NCBI GenBank assembly: GCA_963789955.1
Contig: CAWBMV010000034.1
Location: 224,001 to 288,000, forward strand
From: an uncultured Candidatus Rokubacteria bacterium
Lineage (GTDB): Bacteria > Methylomirabilota > Methylomirabilia > Rokubacteriales > CSP1-6
DNA length: 64,000 bases
Reading direction: 5' to 3'
Position 1 is the first letter of the stretch. Each line of letters begins with the position of its first letter. Below, piece after piece: positions 19,718 through 28,566 of the stretch. The translations under genes were made by a program, and so were the position numbers. The notes under the pieces were generated by a model. The model saw only the letters and a program-made list of their open reading frames with translations. It ran no database searches and was not told the origin of the DNA.

Positions 19718-20644
19718 GGCCAGCAGCTCCGCTCGCACCTCGTCGGGCCAGGCGTTCAGGTCGAGTCCGTTGGCCCGGAACATGGCCAGCGTGATCCGCT
19801 CCACGCCAAACCCGAGGCACCCGGTATGGGCGATCCCACCGCCCTCCAGGCCGAACCCGTACAGGAGCGTGAAGTGGTCGAGGTGGTAGTTGAACGAGGC
19901 GATCGCGGTGGGCTCCGGGCCGCCGATCTGGGCGACCAGCTCGAACTTCAGCTCCTGGGCGCGCTGGTTGGCGGCGAGCATCCGGCCCGCCCGCCCGAAG
20001 AACGGATCGGCCGCGACCTCCGACTCGGGGCGGATCCCGAGACGGCGGAAGAGCTCGATCGTGCGCTGCTGCCAGTCGTTGCGCCAGGCGGCGACGGTGT
20101 CGGGCGCGCCGATCCGCACGAGCTCGTGCATGTGGAAGATCTGCATCCGGGCCGGGTCGCCCGACGGCTCGTTGCGGAACACCCACGACGCGCCGGTGTC
20201 GACCGTCACGCCGTCCGCCGGCAGCGGCCCGCGCTTGGCGATCTCGGGGTACACCGGGTAGCAGGCGGCCGGCAGGACGACGAGGTCGGTCATCGACTGG
20301 AACCGGCTCCAGTCCTCGTGGCGGCCCGCGACGGCTTCCTGCTCCGCGGCCTCGGCCTCGGACCCATCGAACGAGAAGACCGTGCCGAGCAGGTGCGGGA
20401 ACGATCCCAGGTAACCGTTGGTCTCGAGCTGCTGGCGGGGCAGGAGCGGCGGGAAGCGCATCGGCTCGGCGCCGTCGGCTGCGCCCGCTCGGGACAGCGC
20501 GGCGCAGAACCCCAGCCGGGCCCGCTCGAAGTCGGATCCCTGCCCGTAGACGCCGGGCAGGACCGTCTCGACGAGGAGGCCGTGGTCGATGAGGGCGGCG
20601 AGGAACGCCGCCTGCTCAGCGGTCGCCGCCCGGAACTGGGTCAT
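19714..20644 (-). CDS. Amino acid--[acyl-carrier-protein] ligase (atypical SerRS homolog)
   Basis: GYLGSFP, LPAACYPVY, FRNEPS, ADPFFGR, AIASFNYH and HTGCLGFGVERI motifs; no tRNA-binding domain; adjacent ACP. Confidence 0.9.
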
Positions 20645-21827
20645 CAGACGTCCTTAGCGATCAGCAGCAGGCTGGCGTTCGTCTGGTGGATCCGGTCGTT
20701 GGCCACCATGAGGCTGGCCGACATCGTGTCCCGCAGGTGGCGTCCGACGCTGAACGGCGTGTCGTTCTTGTAGCCGACGATCCCGCACACCGCCATCGCC
20801 CCCTGGCAGACCCTCGGCGCCTGCTCGGACGCCGCGATCTTGAGGTTGTTGAAGCGCAGGATCATGGCCATTGTCGAGAGCTTCTCGCGGTCGTCGCCGA
20901 CGGACGAATCGGTGAAGTCGCGCATGGCCGAGCTGACCTCGGCCCGGAGCAGCGACAGCTCGCTCATCAGGTGCGAGAGCCGCGTGGCGGTCGGCGGCAC
21001 GATGTCGGGCCGGCCCTTCGCGGACGCCTTGACGAACGCCCGCGCCCGGTCGAACGCGTCGGTGGCGATGCCCAGCCACAGGTGCGACCACAGGATGTGC
21101 GAGATCGGCACCATCGATTCGATACCGGCACCGCGAGAACGGCGCCGGCAGCACCTGCTCGACGGGGAACTCGGCCCGGACGACGTAGCCCGGCGAGCAC
21201 GTGCCGCGCATGCCCAGCGGGTCCCAGGTTCCGGTCGGCTCGAGGGTGTACTGCTCCGGTGGGTCAGGACGAGGACCTGGTCGCCCGGCTCGGCGTCGGG
21301 AGCCCGGCGCAGGGTCGTGAGCAGGTCGTCCGCGTCGGCGCCGTAGGAGACCGTCGGCGCCTGCTTCTCGAAGGTGGCCCGGCCGTCGCCGGACGGGGTG
21401 ACCGCCGCGATCGAGCGCCCGAGGTCGCCGCCCGTGCCGACCTCCGAGGTGACCGAGGCAACGAGTCGCTGGTCGCGGGCGACCTCGCGCAGGTACGCCG
21501 CGAACCAGGCGTCGCCGTCCACATGGCGCACGATCGTCGCGATCATGGATCTGGTGCATCGCGAAGACCATCGCGCTGGCGCCACACCGGCGGCCGAGCT
21601 CGAAGCACGCCGCGGCGATCGCCGGGAACGAGACGCCGCCGCCGCCGTACTCCTCGGGGATGAGCGCCGACAGGGCTCGCTCGGCCCGCAGGGCATCGAT
21701 GGTCTCCGCCGGGAACCGCGCGTCGCGGTCGACTCGGTCGGCGTTGGGCGCCGCGAACTCGTCCGCGATGCGGCGGATCGGTCCGGGTGAACGCCTGGTC
21801 CCGGTCCAGCGCGGCCGCGGTGGTCAT
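20644..21827 (-). CDS. Acyl-CoA/acyl-ACP dehydrogenase family protein; several frameshifts
   Basis: Pieces in three frames: VDRDARFPAE, SAMVFAMHQI, SVTSEVGTGGD, WDPLGMRGTCS, FNNLKIAASE, GIVGYKNDTPFSVGRHLRD. ATG 21827 overlaps the ACP stop. Confidence 0.85.
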
Positions 21828-22069
21828 TCTGCGGACTTCCCCAGCTGCTGGAGCGCTTCCCGGATCGAGGAGACGCTCTGGAAGACGCTCCGCTTGAGCA
21901 TCGAGTCCGGGAACTCCACGTCGAACGCCGTCTCGAGGGCGAGCATGAGGTTCACGCTCGCATGGGAGGTCATGCCCGCCTGGTACAGGTCGGCCTGGTC
22001 GCCCAGGGTCTGGACGTCGACCGACAGGCGGCCGTGCTCCTGGATGATCTGTCGGATCTTGTCGCTCAT
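21824..22069 (-). CDS. Acyl/aminoacyl carrier protein
   Basis: 81 aa, acidic; DLYQAGMTSHASVNLMLALE (Ppant serine) and FDVEFPD; GAGG RBS. Confidence 0.92.
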   Translation of the reverse strand: MSDKIRQIIQEHGRLSVDVQTLGDQADLYQAGMTSHASVNLMLALETAFDVEFPDSMLKRSVFQSVSSIREALQQLGKSAE

Positions 22070-22171
22070 GACCGTCGCCTCGTCCTCGCCTCGTGGTGCT
22101 ATTTCGCCGTGGGCCGCGACCGGGATTTTCGGCCCGGAGCAAGTGCAGTCGAGGCGTCAACGCCCACGGAA

Positions 22172-23050
22172 TCAGACAACGCCTGTGCCGGTTGGAGGAC
22201 CTCCGACCGTCCACGCTTCACCCATGATCTCGGCAAGACTTCTAAAATCACCCGTGTACGGGCTCACCGCCCACTGACACGGAACCGAGATCGTCACCGG
22301 AGTCTTGTCGTTGTAGTCCAGTTCCGTCCAATCCGATACGTCGATGACGTTCTCGTCGGCGTCGACGTCACCGAGCGTGAGGATCCAACCGAGCGGCCAG
22401 AAGGCGAATCCCGCTACGAGGTGACCCTTGCGCCGCTCAAGCTTCAGCGCGAACCCGGTCATCATTCCGCCAGGATTCGCTCTGAGGTAGAGCCAGAGGC
22501 GTAGTGGAGCGATGCGCCGTATTGCGGTGCGGTCAAGCAGCAATTCCCGGAGCACCGGGTACCTCGCCGTGATCCCGGGTTGGGACGACGCAGCGAATGA
22601 GGCGAGCGCTTCCTTCGCGACGCGCTGGCGGTGAGCGGTGACGTTCAGCGGGCAAGACCTCCCGGCGTTCTTCGGCTGGGCAAACGGCGAGGCGAGGCGC
22701 ACGAATCTGACGTATGCCGGGTTGTACCAGCTGCCGGTGTGGTTGTTGCAGGAGGCACACAGCGTCTCGAGCGTCGCGCCGTAGATGCGCTCACTCCGCC
22801 AGCGTACCGCTCCGGCGACTGCAGACGCGGCGTCATCGATCATTCCCCGGAACATCGGACCGACGTTTCCGGCCTTCTTCGAGGGCGCGTGCTCCGCGGT
22901 GAGCGCAGCTTGGGACCCGCAGATGCAACATGTAGAGGGGTTACCGAGCGCCTCGATCTCGGCAATCTCCGCCATGAGGCGAGCCGCCTCTGCCTCCATA
23001 CCAGGGAAATGGCGCTCGTCGCCCGGTCTGGTGACCCACATCTTCAGCAT
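22172..23050 (-). CDS. Hypothetical protein with HNH-like zinc-finger motifs
   Basis: CCICG...LTAEHAP and LCASCNN motifs; lower GC than the neighbouring operon. Confidence 0.65.
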   Translation of the reverse strand: MLKMWVTRPGDERHFPGMEAEAARLMAEIAEIEALGNPSTCCICGSQAALTAEHAPSKKAGNVGPMFRGMIDDAASAVAGAVRWRSERIYGATLETLCASCNNHTGSWYNPAYVRFVRLASPFAQPKNAGRSCPLNVTAHRQRVAKEALASFAASSQPGITARYPVLRELLLDRTAIRRIAPLRLWLYLRANPGGMMTGFALKLERRKGHLVAGFAFWPLGWILTLGDVDADENVIDVSDWTELDYNDKTPVTISVPCQWAVSPYTGDFRSLAEIMGEAWTVGGPPTGTGVV

Positions 23051-23132
23051 GGTGTCGATTGTCTCACCCGGAGACGGTGCGTCGCACGAGCGGATCGCGG
23101 TGAGGCGCGAATGAACGAGGCCGCGGGACTCG

Positions 23133-23291
23133 CTACCGCGCTCGCCGGCGCTGTATCGGGCGTTGACGCTTTGGCTTGTCGCCGCGCGGTGACCTCCCGG
23201 TGTAGTCTCGCTTTGGCTCGGCCGCCTTGGTCACCTTCGGGCGTGCCAGGTCGGGCTCGTCGGCTGAGATTCCGTTTTGGTTGGTCTCCAT
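23133..23291 (-). CDS. Small hypothetical protein (52 aa, basic C-terminus)
   Basis: Strong RBS GAGGAGGT before ATG 23291; METNQNG...RQRPIQRRRAR. Confidence 0.35.
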   Translation of the reverse strand: METNQNGISADEPDLARPKVTKAAEPKRDYTGRSPRGDKPKRQRPIQRRRAR

Positions 23292-23693
23292 GCCTACCTC
23301 CTCTCCGTAATTGTGGCGAAGTTCCGGGGAGCACTTCAAGTCGATGACCTGGCGCTCTCCCTACTTCGACCTCGTCTCCGGCCTCTTCGTCCCGCGGCTC
23401 GTCACCCGGGATCCAGAGACCGGCGCCGGCGGGCCGCGGTGACGTCAGGTACGACGCACGGCCGCTTCGGACACGACTCATCGGCCTCGCGGCTGATCGG
23501 CGTGAGGCGCGGCAGGGAGGACGCAGGACAAGCGTTCTGTAGCGCGTGGCGCGCTCGAGATTCCCCGGAGACGAGCAGGCGCGCGTGACCCGGGCAGGGG
23601 AGGAAGAGAGAGCCCGGTTGCGCCTGGGTTGCGACTTCCTGCCGCGCTATGCCGCTTCTTGCAACCACCCGCTCTGGAACTACGCGGGGTTTC

Positions 23694-24278
23694 TCACTCC
23701 TTCGAGTAGCCGCGGTACTCCATCTGGTTGGCGATCCGGACGCGCGCGTCGGTGCCCCAGTACTTCTCGACGAGATAGAGTCCGAGATCGAGCGACGACG
23801 ACACGCCGCCGGCCGTCACGACGCGCCCCTCGTCGACCACGCGCCGATTCGTGACGACCTCGCGGCAGAGCGGCCGCAGCAGCTCCACCGCCAGATGATG
23901 CGTCGTCGCGCGCTTGTCGCGCAGATACCCCGCGCGTCCGAGCAGGAGCGCGCCGGAGCAGACCGAGGCCAGCGGCCGTTCGTCGCCCCACGTCTTCAGG
24001 TAGTCGATGGCGCGCCGGTTGTCCATCAGCGCGACGGTCCCGAGCCCACCCGCGACGTAGAGGAGGTCGAAGCCCGCGAGGTCTTCGTACACCGCGTCGG
24101 GTTTGAGCATCAGACCAGACTCGTCGACGATCTCGGCCTCGGTCCCGATGATCCGGTGGGTCACACTCGAATCGATGGACATCGCCGCGACGCGTCGCAG
24201 GGCGTCGTAGGCGCCGATCAGATCGAGGAGCGTCAGCCGCGGGAAGACGAAGAACGCGATGCGCTTCGGTGCCGCCAT
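23694..24278 (-). CDS. DJ-1/PfpI family protein (isonitrile hydratase-like)
   Basis: TLLDLIG, LYVAGG, ASVCSGALLLG, ATTH and TAGGVSSSLD motifs. Confidence 0.9.
   Translation of the reverse strand: MAAPKRIAFFVFPRLTLLDLIGAYDALRRVAAMSIDSSVTHRIIGTEAEIVDESGLMLKPDAVYEDLAGFDLLYVAGGLGTVALMDNRRAIDYLKTWGDERPLASVCSGALLLGRAGYLRDKRATTHHLAVELLRPLCREVVTNRRVVDEGRVVTAGGVSSSLDLGLYLVEKYWGTDARVRIANQMEYRGYSKE
23703..23721. repeat. att core repeat, right copy (within the DJ-1/PfpI 3' end)
   Basis: Identical to 13403-13421. Confidence 0.9.
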
Positions 24279-24282
24279 GGCG

Positions 24283-24807
24283 TCAGCAGGGCTGGACCGA
24301 GGCCTTGTGGCGCTGCGCGAGCGCCTGGTAGCCTTCGGGATTGGCGCGCACCCAGCGCTCCGCCGGGGTGCCGGCGAGCGGACCGCGCACCTTGGCCGGC
24401 GCGCCGAGCGCGAGGGTGCCCTCGGGGATCTCGGTCTCGGGCGTCACGAGCGCGCCGGCGGCGATCATCGCGCGCGCGCCGATGCGCGCGCCGTCGAGCA
24501 CCGTCGCGCCGTTGCCGATCAGGCACTCTTCTCCGAGCCACGCCGCGTGAATCGTGCAGTTGTGGCCGACCGTCGCGCCGGCGCCGATCTCGGTCCCGCC
24601 ACGCGGCGTGACGTGCACGACCGCGCAGTCCTGGACGTTGGCGCCGCGGCGTACGACGATCGGATTGAAGTCGCCGCGGAGCACGGCGTTGTACCACACG
24701 GACGCGCGCTCCTCGATCGTCACGTCTCCGACGATCACGGCGGTGGGCGCAACGAACGCGGTGGGATGGACTCTCGGGCTCTTGCCCTCGAAGCTGAACA
24801 GTGGCAT
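24283..24807 (-). CDS. Gamma carbonic anhydrase family protein (YrdA/PaaY-like)
   Basis: MPLFSFEGKSPRVHPTAF, VLRGD, NVQD..VVH, TVGH and IHA motifs; hexapeptide repeats. Confidence 0.92.
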   Translation of the reverse strand: MPLFSFEGKSPRVHPTAFVAPTAVIVGDVTIEERASVWYNAVLRGDFNPIVVRRGANVQDCAVVHVTPRGGTEIGAGATVGHNCTIHAAWLGEECLIGNGATVLDGARIGARAMIAAGALVTPETEIPEGTLALGAPAKVRGPLAGTPAERWVRANPEGYQALAQRHKASVQPC

Positions 24808-24876
24808 GGGCTGGACCCTCGCAGTATGCTCGGAGTGCCCACATCTTACTCCCACACGCCGCGACAGGAGGAGGGA

Positions 24877-25902
24877 ATGCCGTTCCCGAAGATCGCGGCC
24901 GTCGCCACTGCGACGCCGCCCCATCGCTACACGCAGTCGCAAGTCCTGACGCTCGCGGGGTATCGAGACGAGGAGCGGAGCGGGTTTTTTCGTCGCAGCG
25001 ACATCGACGGCCGCTATCTGTGGATCGATCCGGCGACGTTCCGGCCCAACGAGTCGGTCGACGAGCTCAACGACCGTTTTCGCGAGGGCGCGCTCGAGCT
25101 CGGCGAGTCGGCAGCTCGCCGGGCACTCGACCGAGCCGGCTGGAAGATCTCCGATGTGGATTTCATCGCGACGACGACGTGCACCGGGCGCCTCACGCCG
25201 AGTCTCGACGCCCGCCTGATCGCCCGGCTCGGCTGCCGCGCGGACATCCAGCGCGTCCACGTCGGCGACACCGGCTGCGCCTCCGCGATGGTGGCGCTCC
25301 AGCAAGCGTCGAACTACGTCACTGCGTTTCCCGGGCGCCGGGCGCTGGTCGTCGCGGTCGAGATCTGCTCGGCGACCTACTTCCTGGACGACCGGCTCGA
25401 GAGCGCGGTGGCCCACGCTATCTTCGCCGACGGCGCCGGCGCGCTCGCGGTGACGACCGACGGACCGGGGCCGTCGCTGGTCGCTCAGCGGACGCTGTTC
25501 CGCTCCGAGCATCTCGACGCGATGGGATTCGAGTATCCGGGCGGCCGGCCGCGCGTGGTGCTCTCCAAGGACGTGCGCCGCATCGGCGCGGTCATGATGG
25601 GCGAGATGGCGGCGATCCTGATGGGCACGCAAGGGCTCAAGCGCGAGGACATCGCGTACTGGGTCCTCCACTCCGCGGGACGACGCGTGATCGACCGCGC
25701 CCGAACCTTGCTCGAGCTCAGCGAGGAGCAAGTCAGCCACTCGCGCTCCGTGCTGCGACGCTTCGGCAACATGTCATCGGCCACGATCCTCTTCGTCCTG
25801 GAAGAAACGCTTCGCGACGAGTCTCCGGTTCCCGACGATTGGGGCGTCATGATCGGTCTGGGGCCCGGCTTCGCCGCCGAAGGAGCGCTGCTGCGGTGGT
25901 GA
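24877..25902 (+). CDS. Type III polyketide synthase
   Basis: TTCTG, GC (catalytic Cys), EICS, FADGA, WVLHSAG, FGNMSSAT and GLGPG motifs; strong RBS. Confidence 0.92.
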   Translation: MPFPKIAAVATATPPHRYTQSQVLTLAGYRDEERSGFFRRSDIDGRYLWIDPATFRPNESVDELNDRFREGALELGESAARRALDRAGWKISDVDFIATTTCTGRLTPSLDARLIARLGCRADIQRVHVGDTGCASAMVALQQASNYVTAFPGRRALVVAVEICSATYFLDDRLESAVAHAIFADGAGALAVTTDGPGPSLVAQRTLFRSEHLDAMGFEYPGGRPRVVLSKDVRRIGAVMMGEMAAILMGTQGLKREDIAYWVLHSAGRRVIDRARTLLELSEEQVSHSRSVLRRFGNMSSATILFVLEETLRDESPVPDDWGVMIGLGPGFAAEGALLRW

Positions 25903-25906
25903 TCCC

Positions 25907-26603
25907 GTGAAACGGGCTGACGGCGCGCGGGAGGTGCTCGACGGGGCGGTCGCGACACAAGAGCTCGCGGCCTCGCTGGCGGACATCGACCGCCTCAACA
26001 GCTGGTTCGGCGGCTACGCCCTCTCGCTGCGCGCGATCCGCCGTCTGGCGGCCGAGGTCCCGCGCGCTCGGCCGCTTCGAGTCATCGACGTCGGCGGCGG
26101 GACGGCGGCGTTCGCGGTGCGCGTGGTCCGGTGGGCGCGGCGCAGCGGTCGCGACCATCCGCGTCGTCGTCGTCGATCGCGACCCGACCTCGCTCCGGCT
26201 CGCGCGCGCGGCCGTCGCGGCGTACCCGGAGATCTCGCTGGTGTGCGGCGACGCGGCCGCGCTGCCGTGCCGCGAGCGGGCGGTCGACATCGTCACCAGC
26301 GCCCTCACGCTCCATCACCTCGAGCCGGCGCAGGCCGCCGCGGGGCTGCGCGAGATGACGGCGGCCGCGCGGATCGGGGTGGTCGTGAACGATCTGCTTC
26401 GGCGCCGGCTCTCGCTCGGCCTCGTGTGGCTCGTCACTCGTCTCCTGGGTTGCCACCCGATCTCGCGTCACGACGGCCCGCTCTCGGTGCGGCGCTCGTA
26501 TTCGCGCGACGAGCTGCGGGCGCTCGCCGAGAAGGCCGGCGCGCGGCGGCTGACGATCCGCGAGTACCCCGTGCTGGGTCGCCTGGTGGCGGTCCTGTCG
26601 TGA
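25907..26603 (+). CDS. Class I SAM-dependent methyltransferase; frameshift near 26150
   Basis: EVLD, IDRLNSWFGG and IDVGGG in the first frame; LTLHHL, VVNDL and RHDGPLSVRRSY in ORF 26241..26603. Confidence 0.85.
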
Positions 26604-27802
26604 CGACCGACGTCATCGTCGTCGGCGCCGGCCCCGCGGGCGCGGCGACGGCCATTCTCATGGCCGAGCACGGGCTCTCCGTCGCGCTCCTCGATCGCGC
26701 GCGGTTTCCGCGACCGAAGATCTGCGGAGAGTACCTGAGCCCGGAAGCCCCGCGACTGCTGGATCGGCTCGGCGCGCTGAAGGCGGTCGATGCCGTCGCC
26801 AGCACCTTGAAGGGCATGCGGATCACCGCGCCCAACGGCAAGACCCTCGTCGGGACGTACCGGCCGATCGGAGCGTGGCGTCCGTATCGCGAGCACGCGA
26901 TGGCGATCACGCGCGAGGCCCTCGACGCGATCCTCGTCGACCGCGTCCGCGCGCTGCCCGTCGACTTCCGCGAGCAGACGCGCGTCACCGACCTCGTCGT
27001 GGCGGGCGGCCGCGTGCTCGGCGTCGAGGCGCTCGATGCGGACGCCCGTCGCCTGACCCTGCGCGCTCCGCTGACGATCGCCGCCGACGGCCGCGCGTCG
27101 GTCGTCGCCCAGCGACTCGGGCTTCGCCGGTCGCATCGCCTCCAGCGGATGGCGATGGTCACCTACGTCGAGGGCGTGAGCGGCCTCGGGCGTGTCGGCG
27201 AGATCTTCGTCGATCCGCCGGACTACGCGATCCTGAATCCGGTGGCGCCCGGACGCGCGAACCTCAGCGTCGTCGTGCCCCTGGCGCACGCCACGCCGTG
27301 GAGCGGCCGCCTCGACACCTTCTTCGACGCGCGCGTGAAGCATTTGCCGCACCTCGCGCGGCGCATCGCCGGGGGCCGCCGCGTCGCGCCGGTCCGCGCG
27401 ATGGGCCCGCTCGCGTACCGGGTCGACGCGCCGCGCACCGGCGGCGTGCTCATGGTCGGCGACGCCACGGGCTTCTACGATCCGTTCTCGGGCGAGGGGA
27501 TCTTCAACGGTCTGCGGAGCGCGGAGCTCGCGGTGGAGACGGCCGTGCAGGCGCTCGGTCGCGGCGACCTCTCGGTTCGCGGGCTGGCCGGATACGATCG
27601 CGCCCGCCGCCTGGCGACCCGCGACAAGGAGCGCGTGACGCACGCGCTCCAGTTCGTCATCAGCCACCGTCGGCTCGCCAACCTGGCCGCGCGGATTCTC
27701 GCGCGCCGCCCGCGTCTGCTCGACCTCCTGCTCGGTGTTCTCGGCGACTTCGTGCCGCCCCGCGCGCTCGTGAGCGGCCTGCTCGCGCGCTCGCGATTCT
27801 GA
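26600..27802 (+). CDS. FAD-dependent oxidoreductase (geranylgeranyl reductase/monooxygenase-like)
   Basis: VVGAGPAG, FPRPKICGE, AADG and VGDATGFYDPFSGEGI motifs; GTGA overlap start. Confidence 0.9.
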   Translation: MTTDVIVVGAGPAGAATAILMAEHGLSVALLDRARFPRPKICGEYLSPEAPRLLDRLGALKAVDAVASTLKGMRITAPNGKTLVGTYRPIGAWRPYREHAMAITREALDAILVDRVRALPVDFREQTRVTDLVVAGGRVLGVEALDADARRLTLRAPLTIAADGRASVVAQRLGLRRSHRLQRMAMVTYVEGVSGLGRVGEIFVDPPDYAILNPVAPGRANLSVVVPLAHATPWSGRLDTFFDARVKHLPHLARRIAGGRRVAPVRAMGPLAYRVDAPRTGGVLMVGDATGFYDPFSGEGIFNGLRSAELAVETAVQALGRGDLSVRGLAGYDRARRLATRDKERVTHALQFVISHRRLANLAARILARRPRLLDLLLGVLGDFVPPRALVSGLLARSRF

Positions 27803-27808
27803 CCATCC

Positions 27809-27866
27809 GTAGTGCGCGCTGCAGGACGTCGCGGGGCTGGGGCCCCGCCGGCCGAGGCGCGCCTCT
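27809..27866 (+). repeat. Dispersed intergenic REP-like repeat, copy A
   Basis: Core TCGCGGGGCTGGGGCCCCGCCGGCCGAGG(CGCGC) recurs at about 36700, 38500 and 57415. Confidence 0.88.
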
Positions 27867-27895
27867 AGACCGCCTCTAGACCAAGGAGACTCTCG

Positions 27896-28558
27896 ATGAG
27901 CCCGAGCGACAATCTGCCGCGCCGCTTCGCGCGAATCTACACGGCGGCCATCACCGACGTGATGGACGAGATGGGACTCAAGCGCCAGACCTTGCCCGCG
28001 TCCATCCAGCCGCTGTCCTCGGGAATGCGGACGGCGGGCTATGCGTTCACGGCGCGCGGGCGGTCGTACACGGGCTCACCGCGCGAGCGCGATCAGACCT
28101 TGCGGCGCTTCCTGGGCATGCTCGGCGCGGTGCCGGCGGAATCGGTGCTGGTGCTGGCCGCGCACGACAACGTCGCGGCGCACTTCGGCGAGCTCAGCGC
28201 GGCGTGGTTCCGCGCGCGCAAGGTGCGCGGCGCCGTGATCGACGGCGCGACGCGTGACGCCGCCGCGATCATGCGCATGGGGTTCCCGACCTTCGTGCGC
28301 TACCGGACGCCCCAGGATTCGGTGCCGCGCTGGCGCGTCGCCGACTGGGGCCAGCCGGTGACGATCGGCAGCGTGCGGGTGAGCCTCGGCGACGTCGTGG
28401 TGGCGGATCTGGACGGCGTCGTGATCGTCCCGCGGCGCGCCGCCCAGGAGGTGCTCCGGCGCTGCGAGAAGCTCGTGGGGACGGAGAACCGGGTGCGCTC
28501 CGCGGTGGCGCGCGGCATGACGCCGCTCGCGGCCTATCAGAAGTTCGGCAGCTTCTGA
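27896..28558 (+). CDS. RraA/HMG aldolase family protein
   Basis: HFGELSA, GAVIDGATRD and VVADLDGVVIVP motifs. Confidence 0.9.
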   Translation: MSPSDNLPRRFARIYTAAITDVMDEMGLKRQTLPASIQPLSSGMRTAGYAFTARGRSYTGSPRERDQTLRRFLGMLGAVPAESVLVLAAHDNVAAHFGELSAAWFRARKVRGAVIDGATRDAAAIMRMGFPTFVRYRTPQDSVPRWRVADWGQPVTIGSVRVSLGDVVVADLDGVVIVPRRAAQEVLRRCEKLVGTENRVRSAVARGMTPLAAYQKFGSF

Positions 28559-28566
28559 CGCCGGGC

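Larger units (their letters stand above)
13403..23721. mobile_element. Integrated genomic island (~10.3 kb) inserted in the 3' end of the DJ-1/PfpI gene
   Basis: Perfect 19-bp direct repeat CGAGTAGCCGCGGTACTCC at 13403-13421 and 23703-23721; integrase remnant at the left end; 17-bp repeat inside both ends. Confidence 0.85.

Noticed and set aside
14306..20773. Long plus-strand ORFs (823, 667 and 995 aa) opposite the island operon
   Set aside because: Shadow ORFs of very GC-rich minus-strand genes; Arg/Pro/Ala-rich with no recognisable motifs.
25907..27802. Methyltransferase-flavoprotein fusion (631-aa ORF)
   Set aside because: A frameshift near 26150 creates it; the true methyltransferase C-terminus is in another frame and stops at 26603 with a GTGA overlap.
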